DNA of 43,882 bases, taken from Patescibacteria group bacterium. GTDB taxonomy: Bacteria; Patescibacteriota; Patescibacteriia; UBA9934. The notes beneath the pieces were generated by a model. That model was not told where the DNA came from. It was given only the letters and a program-made list of their open reading frames with translations, and did not search any database. Where the stretch lies: NCBI GenBank assembly GCA_041659765.1, contig JBAZXR010000001.1:853338-897219 (forward strand), in the 5' to 3' direction. This document shows, piece by piece, positions 1-7,807 of the stretch. Position 1 is the first letter of the stretch, and each line of letters starts with the position of its first letter. The position numbers were made by a program, and so were the translations under genes.

Positions 1-1048
1 GCCACGCTTCCGGCAGCGCGTGAGACTGTAACTCGACCCTCCTCGAGGGGCTGGCGAAGGTGCTCGAGCGCGCGGCGCGGAAACTCAGGAAACTCGTCGA
101 GGAAGAGCACCCCGCGATGTGCGAGCGTGATTTCGCCGGGTTTGGGGTTGCCTCCACCGCCGACGAGAGCTACTCCACTCGCGCTGTGATGCGGCGAGCG
201 AAATGGTCGATCGCGGAGTAAGACTTCGTCTTTATCGAGACTGCCGTGAACTGAGTGAATCGCTGTGATTTCGAGCGCTTCGTCAAAAGAGAGGGGCGGG
301 AGTATCCCCGGGAGTGCACGCGCGAGGAGTGTTTTGCCACTGCCGGGAGAGCCTATAAGGAGAACGTTGTGACCACCTGACGCGGCGATTTCGAGCGCGC
401 GTTTAGCTTGAGACTGGCCGGCGATGTCCGCGAAGTCCGTTCCACTCTTCCTGAACTCCCTCCCGACATCCCCTTTCGTAAGGGGAAGATGCAGCGAACT
501 GTCCAGTTCATTGGGCGGTGTGTAGAGCGGGAGGATGCCGTCGTTTAGCGCCTGAACGATTGCTCGCAGGTCTTTGACGGGATGAACAAGGATCCCTTCA
601 ATAAGCGCTGCTTCACGGGCGTTTTCTTCGGGGACAATGACGCCTGTAAATCCTGTTTTTTTCGCCATCATGACGCAGGGCAGTATTCCGGTTGTTGTCC
701 TGATACGGCCGTCGAGGGCCAACTCGCCTAAAACGAGGATGCGATCCAGGGCTTTTGGCGGAATAGTGCCGTCGGCTACCAGGATTCCGAGCGCGATGGG
801 TAAATCATAAGAGGCGCCGTGCTTTTTGAGACTCGCTGGCGCGAGATTGACCGTTATAACAGGGCGCGGGAAGGTGAGCCCGCTATTTTTGATTGCCGAT
901 CGTACCCTTTCGCGCGCTTCGCTCGTGGCCGTATCGGGTAAACCGACAACGTGAAACTTCGGTAGACCCTTCGAGATATCGGCCTCGACCTCGACATGCA
1001 CCGCTTCAAGACCAAATACCGTAGCCGCACTTACAAAAGCAAATCCCA
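1..1048 (-). CDS. comM: Mg-chelatase-like AAA+ ATPase ComM/YifB, first ~349 codons (C-terminus lies beyond the left edge)
   Basis: Absent from the ORF track because it is open at the window edge. Hand translation of the minus strand from the ATG at 1048 gives [40 protein letters not shown] Walker A block [29 protein letters not shown] lies near 300-378. Confidence 0.85.
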
Positions 1049-1076
1049 TACACAAAATGTATGGGGAGTTTTTAAT

Positions 1077-1541
1077 TTAGGTTTTCTCGATCTGGGGGTT
1101 GCCTTTATGGTACCACAGAAAAAGTCCCATGCCGAAGAGAATCAGCAGGTCAGAAAGATTAATTGCCGAAGTGTGCAGGAGAATCAGGTAATCAGTGGTG
1201 AACCCATTCACGGCTCGATCCAGGAAATTGCCGAGTGCGCCAATACAGACCATGAAACAGGCTAGGGCTTCCTCAAATCTATGATCAACGAGCGCTGGGC
1301 GACCGAAATAGTAGCCGAATAGCACGATAATCGTGAGGGTCAACGGCAAAATAATGAAAAACGGCACCGGGATGTCAAAAGCAATGCCTGGATTTTTGTG
1401 TAACGCGAAAGCGAACAATGAGGGGATGGCCGATGAGCTGGCCGGAATTGCGTGGCCTATAGCCCACCATTTTGTAAAGGCGTCGACAAGAGCGAGTGCC
1501 ACGACCGAACCTGCGCCCGTGAAAAAGTGGGCGCGGGTCAT
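1077..1541 (-). CDS. lspA: lipoprotein signal peptidase (signal peptidase II)
   Basis: 154 aa, four hydrophobic segments, GALGNFLDR and TTDYL...INLSDL motifs typical of LspA. Confidence 0.85.
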   Translation of the reverse strand: MTRAHFFTGAGSVVALALVDAFTKWWAIGHAIPASSSAIPSLFAFALHKNPGIAFDIPVPFFIILPLTLTIIVLFGYYFGRPALVDHRFEEALACFMVCIGALGNFLDRAVNGFTTDYLILLHTSAINLSDLLILFGMGLFLWYHKGNPQIEKT

Positions 1542-1542
1542 A

Positions 1543-1926
1543 CTACATTTCTTGGGTAAGCGTCTTTTTACAGGCCACGCACGAGGTAGATGTCGGACGA
1601 ATTTTCAAGCGGGCCTCGGTAATTGGCTGCTGACAATATTTGCAAGTGCCGTAAATACCCTTTTCCACTGCTTTCAAAGCTGAATTAACATCTTTAAGCG
1701 CTGATTCGAGTTCCTGCTCGAGTGAAAGGTTGTCGCTGAACTGAGCAACTTCAAAAGCGTTTTCGCCTTCATCGCTTCCTGTGTCTTTGTACTCGGTGAC
1801 AAAAGTGCCAGGAGCCTTGGGATCGCGATGTGCAAATTGGGTCAGCTCTTTTTCTAGCTTAGCCTTCTCAGCAATAAGCAAGAGCTTCATTTCTTCGATA
1901 ATTTTTGGTGATACAACTTTGGCCAT
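1543..1926 (-). CDS. DksA/TraR-family C4 zinc-finger protein
   Basis: 127 aa. Coiled-coil N-terminus followed by CKYC...(17 aa)...CVAC. Its stop lies 1 nt from the lspA start. Confidence 0.8.
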   Translation of the reverse strand: MAKVVSPKIIEEMKLLLIAEKAKLEKELTQFAHRDPKAPGTFVTEYKDTGSDEGENAFEVAQFSDNLSLEQELESALKDVNSALKAVEKGIYGTCKYCQQPITEARLKIRPTSTSCVACKKTLTQEM

Positions 1927-1954
1927 AAAAAAGGGGTTTCGATGACAATAGCCG

Positions 1955-2340
1955 ATTCCTTAGAAAAAGAAAAGGGGGCTCGGTTGCAAAGGGCGGTGCA
2001 AAGCATCTCCCGGCGGTTGAACCCCGATGGTCGAGCTAAGCTCGACCGGGCGGCATGGGGACCCAGGTATGTGATATTGGGTTCAGTGCACCGAGATTTC
2101 GGTGCGTTCAACTCAATAACCCATGTCCTCCTGTCCTTCAGGCCTAAGTGACGCCTGCTCTACCCCTCTCTTGGGTTCACGAATTGCTGTCCTTGCTTCG
2201 ACAGTCATTCATTGATCCAAAAGAGGAGGAGCGCAAGTGAGGTATCTTCCGAAGTGTTTGTGGGGCTTCGGGAAATTTCCCCTGTCATTGCCCGTGCCTA
2301 GAAAGGCACGGATAGGTTTTGTGGAAAGAACGATTACCAG
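1955..2340. other. unassigned hairpin-rich non-coding region (possible ncRNA or cluster of palindromic elements)
   Basis: About 400 nt with only short, low-quality ORFs. Local hairpins are visible at 2029-2047 (GGTCGAGCT-A-AGCTCGACC), 2075-2135, 2262-2283 and 2291-2310 (CCGTGCC...GGCACGG). On the minus strand a 10-bp helix CCUCUUUUGG/CCAAGAGAGG encloses a CUGUC/GACAG hairpin. On the minus strand the region ends in CCCCCUUUUCUUUUU about 30 nt before the dksA-like start. Confidence 0.3.
2019..2053. repeat. palindromic hairpin GAACCCCG..GGTCGAGCTNAGCTCGA..GGCGG, copy 1 of 2
   Basis: Near-identical to the hairpin at 33759-33796, read on the same strand. Confidence 0.6.
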
Positions 2341-2411
2341 TCCAGTATAAACCCTGAGTACAATTTGTATATAAGATACTAACGGCTGACATTAGCCAAA
2401 TTACTTTGCCA

Positions 2412-2484
2412 TGTGGATAAGGTGACACTAAAGGTATTCAACTATTGAGTACAAGAAGTGTGCATAAGTCGTCACTTATCCACA
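2412..2484. promoter_or_regulatory. two perfect DnaA boxes in an AT-rich spacer
   Basis: TGTGGATAA at 2412-2420 and TTATCCACA at 2476-2484. A 2-mismatch box TTATCACCA lies at 2487-2495. Confidence 0.55.
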
Positions 2485-2489
2485 ACTTA

Positions 2490-3713
2490 TCACCAGCAGA
2501 TGCGAGTTCGGTGGTTCGAAAAGGCTATTTCTTGGCTATTCAACAGATTTTGAATAAATGTCCAGCCTGGCGTGGACAAACGTGCCGGGAGGAGATCAGT
2601 GAGCCCTCCGATGGAAACCCACTGGTTGGCTCTCGGCAAACACACATTCTTAGCCGAACCGGTTGTGGTTGAACCGTCCAGATTCACTTGGCGGTTGGTT
2701 AGGACGAGACCATGGGCCGTTTGGGCTGCGCGAACGATTGTCCCACTGTTATCTGTGATACTCGTGATAGTTGCTGAGGGATCGCTGGTTGTGATCGGCT
2801 GAGCTGATGAGGTTGAGATGATTTCGTCCAGGCTAGTGTAGACATCCCCGGACGACAGCAAAACTAATGACTTGGTGTAGTAGAGCTCGTTTACCGTACT
2901 TTCCATGTCTTCTTTGGTCAGATTGCCTTCTGGAACCGTTACGGAATAGGGAGTTCCTTCAATGTCTTGACCGAGGGAGACTACAAATCCGTGAGTAATC
3001 ATTTGTTCTTCAAGGGCGCGCAGGCCTGGATAGACTAATGGAACGTCGAAGCCTAAGAGGTTCTGCGCTTCTGCCGCTGTAACGGTCATTTTCGCTAGCG
3101 ATTGGTCAGAATTTGTATTATTTATATCCCCAGAACGGCCGAGCCCGGAAATAGTAAGGCTATGCTCGGTTAGTCTGATGGGCGCGCTCAATTGATCCTC
3201 GGCCGAGTTGATCTCGCCATTAAACCAAGGAAGTAAGGATTTTACTGGCAGTCTAAACGAAAATTTAGTGGATCCCGGGGCTACGGTACCTATGTACGTG
3301 CCACCAAACCGTTGCACGACCACCAAGTTGAATGCCTTTGCTTCATTGAGCTTGGCCTGGGGAATTTTGCCGGCCACAGCTACGCCCACGACCCCAGTTT
3401 CGTTGATAAATATGGCGCTTCCTCGTTTTGACCAACGTCCAAGCTCGTCGAGGGTGAAGGGTGCGTTTTGAAAAAGGACCGTGCCGTGAAACTTGTTCTC
3501 TAAAACTGCGGAAGTTTTCGGCGTTTTTATTATCCTCACGGTCATTTCGGCGTCATTCGGCACAAAGGACGAGATTGTATCGAGGGCGAGATAGGTGCGA
3601 ACTACTAGTATCGACAGACCCGTAGCGAGGAGTAGTGGAGCCACAAATACCACAACCCGCCAGATCTTTTGGCGGGTTGGGTTATCGGTGAGTGGGATGT
3701 TGAGGGGGTTCAT
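2490..3713 (-). CDS. hypothetical protein with an N-terminal membrane anchor
   Basis: 407-aa ORF with one N-terminal hydrophobic helix (IWRVVVFVAPLLLATGLSILVV). No motif recognised. Confidence 0.6.
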   Translation of the reverse strand: MNPLNIPLTDNPTRQKIWRVVVFVAPLLLATGLSILVVRTYLALDTISSFVPNDAEMTVRIIKTPKTSAVLENKFHGTVLFQNAPFTLDELGRWSKRGSAIFINETGVVGVAVAGKIPQAKLNEAKAFNLVVVQRFGGTYIGTVAPGSTKFSFRLPVKSLLPWFNGEINSAEDQLSAPIRLTEHSLTISGLGRSGDINNTNSDQSLAKMTVTAAEAQNLLGFDVPLVYPGLRALEEQMITHGFVVSLGQDIEGTPYSVTVPEGNLTKEDMESTVNELYYTKSLVLLSSGDVYTSLDEIISTSSAQPITTSDPSATITSITDNSGTIVRAAQTAHGLVLTNRQVNLDGSTTTGSAKNVCLPRANQWVSIGGLTDLLPARLSTPGWTFIQNLLNSQEIAFSNHRTRICW

Positions 3714-3720
3714 GGTGTAT

Positions 3721-3741
3721 GGGCAAGGCGGCGCCTTGCCC
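3721..3741. other. perfect 9-bp GC hairpin between pnp and the downstream gene
   Basis: GGGCAAGGC-GGC-GCCTTGCCC with no U-run. Possibly a processing or stabilising element. Confidence 0.4.
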
Positions 3742-3754
3742 GTACGACTAGCTG

Positions 3755-5980
3755 CTAGTCGTACCGTTTGCCTTGGGGCGGTTTTGCGCCGCGTCGGCTG
3801 GTTGATTCGCTGTCTCCGGAGCCGGCTTTGGCTTTCATCTCATCTGTGTAGACGTTGCCCTCGGCTTTTTTCATCGAGAGGTTCACGCGTCCTTTTTCGT
3901 CGATTTCGATGACCTTCACATGCACCTTATCGCCCACATTGACGACATCGGTTACTTTCTCAACTCTCCACGGGGCCATTTCGGACACATGGACAAGCCC
4001 GTCCTTGCCGGGAAGAAGTTCTACGAACGCACCGAAGTCCATGAGGCGCACCACGTTGCCGTGGAATACCTCGTTTACTTCAATGTCACGCGTTAGGTTG
4101 TAGATCCAATCATACGCCTTCTGTGCGGATTCCGCATCAGGCGAGGTGATCATGACCAAGCCAGTCTGTTCAATATCAATGTCAGACACGCCGGTTTTCT
4201 CGATAATCTCGTTGATCGTCTTTCCACCAGGACCAATTACTTCGCGAATCTTATCTGGGTTAATGTTAATGGTGATGATGCGAGGCGCGTTTGGTGAAAG
4301 TTCGGCACGCGGCTCAGGAATTGCCTTGGCCATGACATCCAGAATCTTCATGCGGGCAGACTGCGCGCGGGTGACGGCTTCGACGACTACGGTATGAGGA
4401 AGGCCATCGGTCTTTGTATCAAGCTGAATAGCCGTAATACCTTTGCGCGTACCGGTAATTTTGAAGTCCATGCCACCCTCGCCGTCTTCGAGGTCTTGTA
4501 AGTCGGTGATGACCTGGTAGCGCTTGCCGTCGGACGCGAGGCCCATGGCAATACCGGCGACTGCAGCCTTAATCGGCACGCCAGCATCCATAAGTGCCAA
4601 CGAGGCACCGCAAGTTGAGCCCATCGAGCTTGAGCCGTTAGAACCGAGAACCTCGGAAACTACGCGAAGCGTGTACGGGAAGACTTCTTTTGCAGGGATC
4701 ATGAAGGCGAGTGCTTTTTCTGCTAGCGCGCCATGTCCAACCTCGCGACGGCCAGCGCCACGGAGTGGTTTTGCTTCGCCAACAGAGAACGGAGGAAAGT
4801 TGTAGTGGTGCATGAATCGGCGTTCGCCGACCAGTTCCATGCCGTCGAGCGTCTGCTTGTCGCCAGGAGCACCGAGCGTAACGATGGACAGAACCTGCGT
4901 TTCGCCACGGTTGAACAATGCAGAACCGTGCACGCATGGGAGCAAGGCGACTTCGCTTTCCAGGTTGCGGATTTCATCGAGTCCTCGACCATCAACGCGC
5001 TTGCCTTCTTCAATGATCGTGCGACCGATTTCGAGGTCAAGTAACTCGCCGAGCAATGACTTGCCGAGCGTAATACCTTCTTCGTCCTGGCCTTGTTCCG
5101 TTAAAAATGCGACGGCTTTCTTCTTCATCTCATCTTTTGCAATTGCGCGTTCGACTTTGCTCGCTTTCGGTGCTGCGAAGAATAATTCCTGAATAGTTTT
5201 CTTCATGAACGGCGTTAAAAGCGCTTTGATTTCTTCGCGCTTGCCGGCGACACGTTTGGCTTCGTCCGTCTTTGGCGTCAGAAGGTCAACTTTGGCCTTT
5301 CCTGCTTCCTTGCGCACCGCTTCGATGAGCTCGATAACTGGACCAAGGTTCTCGCGACCATAAGCAATAGCGTCAATGACTTCAGCTTCTGGAGCTTCAT
5401 CGCAACCAGCTTCGATCATAATCACCTTTTCGGCTGTACCAGCAACGTCCACGTCGAACTTTGCAACCTCGCGTTCTGCGTAGGTGCCGTTCAAGATGAA
5501 ATGACCCTCGGCATCAGTGTTGACGCGAGCAACGGCGATTGGGCCGTTCCATGGAATGTCAGACATGTGGAGCGCGCACGATGCGCCGATGAGCCCTGGA
5601 ATGTCGGCATCATTTTCTTCGTCGAAGGCCAGTACCGAAATAATGACCTGCACATCGTTGGCGATGCGCTGATCAAACAGTGGGCGAATAGCGCGATCGA
5701 TGAACCGAGCAGCGAGAACTGCTTCGTCCGTTGGTCGTCCTTCACGCTTAATGAAGCGCGAACCCTTGATGCGTCCCGCGGCGTACAACTTTTCCTCGAA
5801 ATCAACCATGAGCGGGAAGAAACTCAATCCTGGGCGAACATCCTTGCTCATAACTGCAGTCGCGAGCACCACAGTCTTGCCGTATGTAACTACGCAAGCG
5901 CCGTTTGCTGCTTTTGCGAGCTTGCCTGTTTCAATCGTTAACTTCTTTCCTCCAAAATCAATCGAGTGCGATGTGGTCAT
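3755..5980 (-). CDS. pnp: polyribonucleotide nucleotidyltransferase (PNPase)
   Basis: 741 aa with two RNase PH-like halves, KH and S1 regions (GNVVRLMDFGAFVELLPGKDGLVHVSE). Full-length family match by eye. Confidence 0.95.
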   Translation of the reverse strand: MTTSHSIDFGGKKLTIETGKLAKAANGACVVTYGKTVVLATAVMSKDVRPGLSFFPLMVDFEEKLYAAGRIKGSRFIKREGRPTDEAVLAARFIDRAIRPLFDQRIANDVQVIISVLAFDEENDADIPGLIGASCALHMSDIPWNGPIAVARVNTDAEGHFILNGTYAEREVAKFDVDVAGTAEKVIMIEAGCDEAPEAEVIDAIAYGRENLGPVIELIEAVRKEAGKAKVDLLTPKTDEAKRVAGKREEIKALLTPFMKKTIQELFFAAPKASKVERAIAKDEMKKKAVAFLTEQGQDEEGITLGKSLLGELLDLEIGRTIIEEGKRVDGRGLDEIRNLESEVALLPCVHGSALFNRGETQVLSIVTLGAPGDKQTLDGMELVGERRFMHHYNFPPFSVGEAKPLRGAGRREVGHGALAEKALAFMIPAKEVFPYTLRVVSEVLGSNGSSSMGSTCGASLALMDAGVPIKAAVAGIAMGLASDGKRYQVITDLQDLEDGEGGMDFKITGTRKGITAIQLDTKTDGLPHTVVVEAVTRAQSARMKILDVMAKAIPEPRAELSPNAPRIITININPDKIREVIGPGGKTINEIIEKTGVSDIDIEQTGLVMITSPDAESAQKAYDWIYNLTRDIEVNEVFHGNVVRLMDFGAFVELLPGKDGLVHVSEMAPWRVEKVTDVVNVGDKVHVKVIEIDEKGRVNLSMKKAEGNVYTDEMKAKAGSGDSESTSRRGAKPPQGKRYD

Positions 5981-6021
5981 AATATGGTTATTGGTTCTCT
6001 TTCACGTTCTTCTTCTTTCTC

Positions 6022-6094
6022 CATCCTGAGCGAGAGCGAAGGATCCGACTCTCTCCTCTGAAAGTCGGACTCTTCGCATGGCTCAGAGTGGATG
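6022..6094. repeat. imperfect palindrome of the CATCCTGAGCG-AGCGAAGGATC type, copy 1 of 2
   Basis: The left arm is CATCCTGAGCGAGAGCGAAGGATCCGACT. The reverse complement of the right arm is CATCCACTCTGAGCCATGCGAAGAGTCCGACT. It lies in the pnp 5' leader. The related copy is at 43358-43434. Confidence 0.65.
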
Positions 6095-6096
6095 CG

Positions 6097-6750
6097 TTAT
6101 GTGATCTTCGCTGGTCGGCCACGTCGCTTCGGTGCTTCGACGACTGGAGCGGCAGGAGCGGATTTGAATTGATTCTCACTCTGCTCGGCAATGACGTCAT
6201 CAAACGTGTCCGTGGTCGATCCTCTGCGTTGCTGCGCGGGGCGATATTTTGCGTCTTTGATGAGGAACTCGCCCAAGTTGTCTGACAAGTTTGTGTAAAT
6301 GTCTGCGGCCTCCACGAGCTTGCTCGATGTCGACTCGCGGAAACTCACGACATGGAAAATGCGGCCGCGGTTCTTAATGTATTCGCCGAGCGGAACGTAA
6401 TCTCCGTCACCGGACACGATCACCACGACATCGAACGTATCAAGCATGCGGATGATATCAACGGTGATGCCTACGTCCCAGTCCCCTTTCTTTTGGCCTG
6501 ACTCGTACTCGAGCAGTTCCTTGGTATTCACTTCGATGCCTGACTTGTGGAGAGCTTCGAAAAAGGGCAACTCATCTCCTGTCTTAGTCGAAATAGTATA
6601 CGCAATTGCTCGAATAAGTTTCTGATTTCCGGTTGCGGCCTGCACGATGTTTCCGTAGTTGACTTTGCTTCCGTAAATATTTCTCGCACTGTAATACATG
6701 TTCTGCACATCAATGAAAACGCCCACTCTCCGATTCGAAAAATCTAACAT
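6097..6750 (-). CDS. NYN (LabA/DUF88-like) domain protein with a C-terminal AT-hook-like tail
   Basis: VGVFIDVQNMYYSARNIYG and VVIVSGDGDYVPL are typical NYN motifs. The C-terminus is PKRRGRPAKIT. Confidence 0.75.
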   Translation of the reverse strand: MLDFSNRRVGVFIDVQNMYYSARNIYGSKVNYGNIVQAATGNQKLIRAIAYTISTKTGDELPFFEALHKSGIEVNTKELLEYESGQKKGDWDVGITVDIIRMLDTFDVVVIVSGDGDYVPLGEYIKNRGRIFHVVSFRESTSSKLVEAADIYTNLSDNLGEFLIKDAKYRPAQQRRGSTTDTFDDVIAEQSENQFKSAPAAPVVEAPKRRGRPAKIT

Positions 6751-6774
6751 ATGTATAAAACGTGATTAAGTTTT

Positions 6775-6812
6775 GAAAAACCGACCTCTACACCAACGGT
6801 GCGGAGGTCGGT
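6775..6812 (-). terminator. intrinsic terminator after rpsO
   Basis: Minus strand: ACCGACCUC...GAGGUCGGU stem (6812-6780) followed by UUUUU. Confidence 0.75.
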
Positions 6813-6823
6813 TGTTCTTTTTA

Positions 6824-7090
6824 TTACTTCTTCAATCCAAGCTCTTCCAGAATTTTCCGGTAAGCAGCTTCGTTCTCGCGCTCAAGGTACTTGAGGAGGC
6901 GGCGGCGTTCCGCAACCTTCTTAACAAGTCCTCGGCGTGAGCTGAAATCCTTACGATGCGTCTTTAAATGGTTAGTCAGTTCCTTGACCTCTTCCGTTAG
7001 GATAGCGATCTGGACCTGAGGGGAACCAGTATCAGACTCATGCGTGCGGAACTTCTTAATGAGCTTCTCTTTCTTGGCCTTATCGAGCAT
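6824..7090 (-). CDS. rpsO: 30S ribosomal protein S15
   Basis: 88 aa, THESDTGSPQVQIAILT...HLKTHRKDFSSRRGL. Confidence 0.95.
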   Translation of the reverse strand: MLDKAKKEKLIKKFRTHESDTGSPQVQIAILTEEVKELTNHLKTHRKDFSSRRGLVKKVAERRRLLKYLERENEAAYRKILEELGLKK

Positions 7091-7204
7091 AGCAATATGG
7101 TTTCAATCGATCGTCTCAGTAAAAGGCTTGCTCAAGCCATAAACCGGGGCGAACGCTATATAAATTGGCACGGGGGAAGGATAGCGAAATATGGTCGAAT
7201 TGTC

Positions 7205-7238
7205 AAAAAAGAGAACCCCACGAGCGGACCTCGTGGGG
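7205..7238 (-). terminator. intrinsic terminator after the small-ORF pair
   Basis: Minus strand: CCCCACGA-GGUCCGC-UCGUGGGG followed by UUCUCUUUUUU. Confidence 0.75.
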
Positions 7239-7271
7239 CGTAGGTCGTTTTGCGACGACGAGTCTGGCGTG

Positions 7272-7460
7272 CTAGTTGCCGCGATGACCTCGGCCACCGC
7301 TTCTGAAGTGGGACACCGGGGTGCCGGTGTACTGGCCGATTTTTGGTTCCAGGGGAACCGTCAGGGCCGGGGCAAGTTCCTTGGACGGCGGGGTCTCTTT
7401 CAGTCCCTGGATTGATTCCGGGGTAACGCCGCTATCGAACGGATCGATGGCTTTTTCCAT
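7272..7460 (-). CDS. small Pro-rich hypothetical protein (62 aa)
   Basis: High third-position GC counted by hand. Its ATG overlaps the upstream stop (TGATG). It is followed by its own terminator. Confidence 0.45.
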   Translation of the reverse strand: MEKAIDPFDSGVTPESIQGLKETPPSKELAPALTVPLEPKIGQYTGTPVSHFRSGGRGHRGN

Positions 7461-7681
7461 CAGTTCAGACCATCGCCCTTGGTCCGCTTTTCGGCCGACA
7501 GCCGTCCGCGCTCCCTTTGGAGCCGCTCCATGCGTATTTGCGCTTTGATCGCATCATTCATGCACTCTGGTGGCATGGTGTTGGGAAAGGTCCCGACGAG
7601 CTCAAGCCCGATCAGGTCCGTTTCGTCGGGGATATCAAGCGGGCGCTCGGTATCCGAATGGTCGTTATCGCGGGGTGACAC
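7460..7681 (-). CDS. small charged hypothetical protein (73 aa, GTG start)
   Basis: High GC3. GAGG lies about 10 nt upstream of the GTG. Translationally coupled to 7272-7460. Confidence 0.45.
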   Translation of the reverse strand: MSPRDNDHSDTERPLDIPDETDLIGLELVGTFPNTMPPECMNDAIKAQIRMERLQRERGRLSAEKRTKGDGLN

Positions 7682-7807
7682 TGTTCTTAACCTCGAGGTT
7701 GGGATAAAACTCGGGATCCGCGCTTTTTACACGCAGAATTGATAGGATAGGCGAAAAAATGTTTTAGGTCAAGAAATAATCGAGGGGGTGTACAATGTAC
7801 GACACAT

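Noticed and set aside
1955-2340. Identification as RNase P RNA, tmRNA or SRP RNA.
   Set aside because: I searched both strands by eye for GAGGAAAGUCC, an ACAGAA..GGCUUA P4 partner, a tRNA-like T-arm plus ACCA end, a tag ORF ending in Ala-Ala-stop, and the SRP GGAA/AGCA domain IV. None was convincing, so the region is left unassigned.
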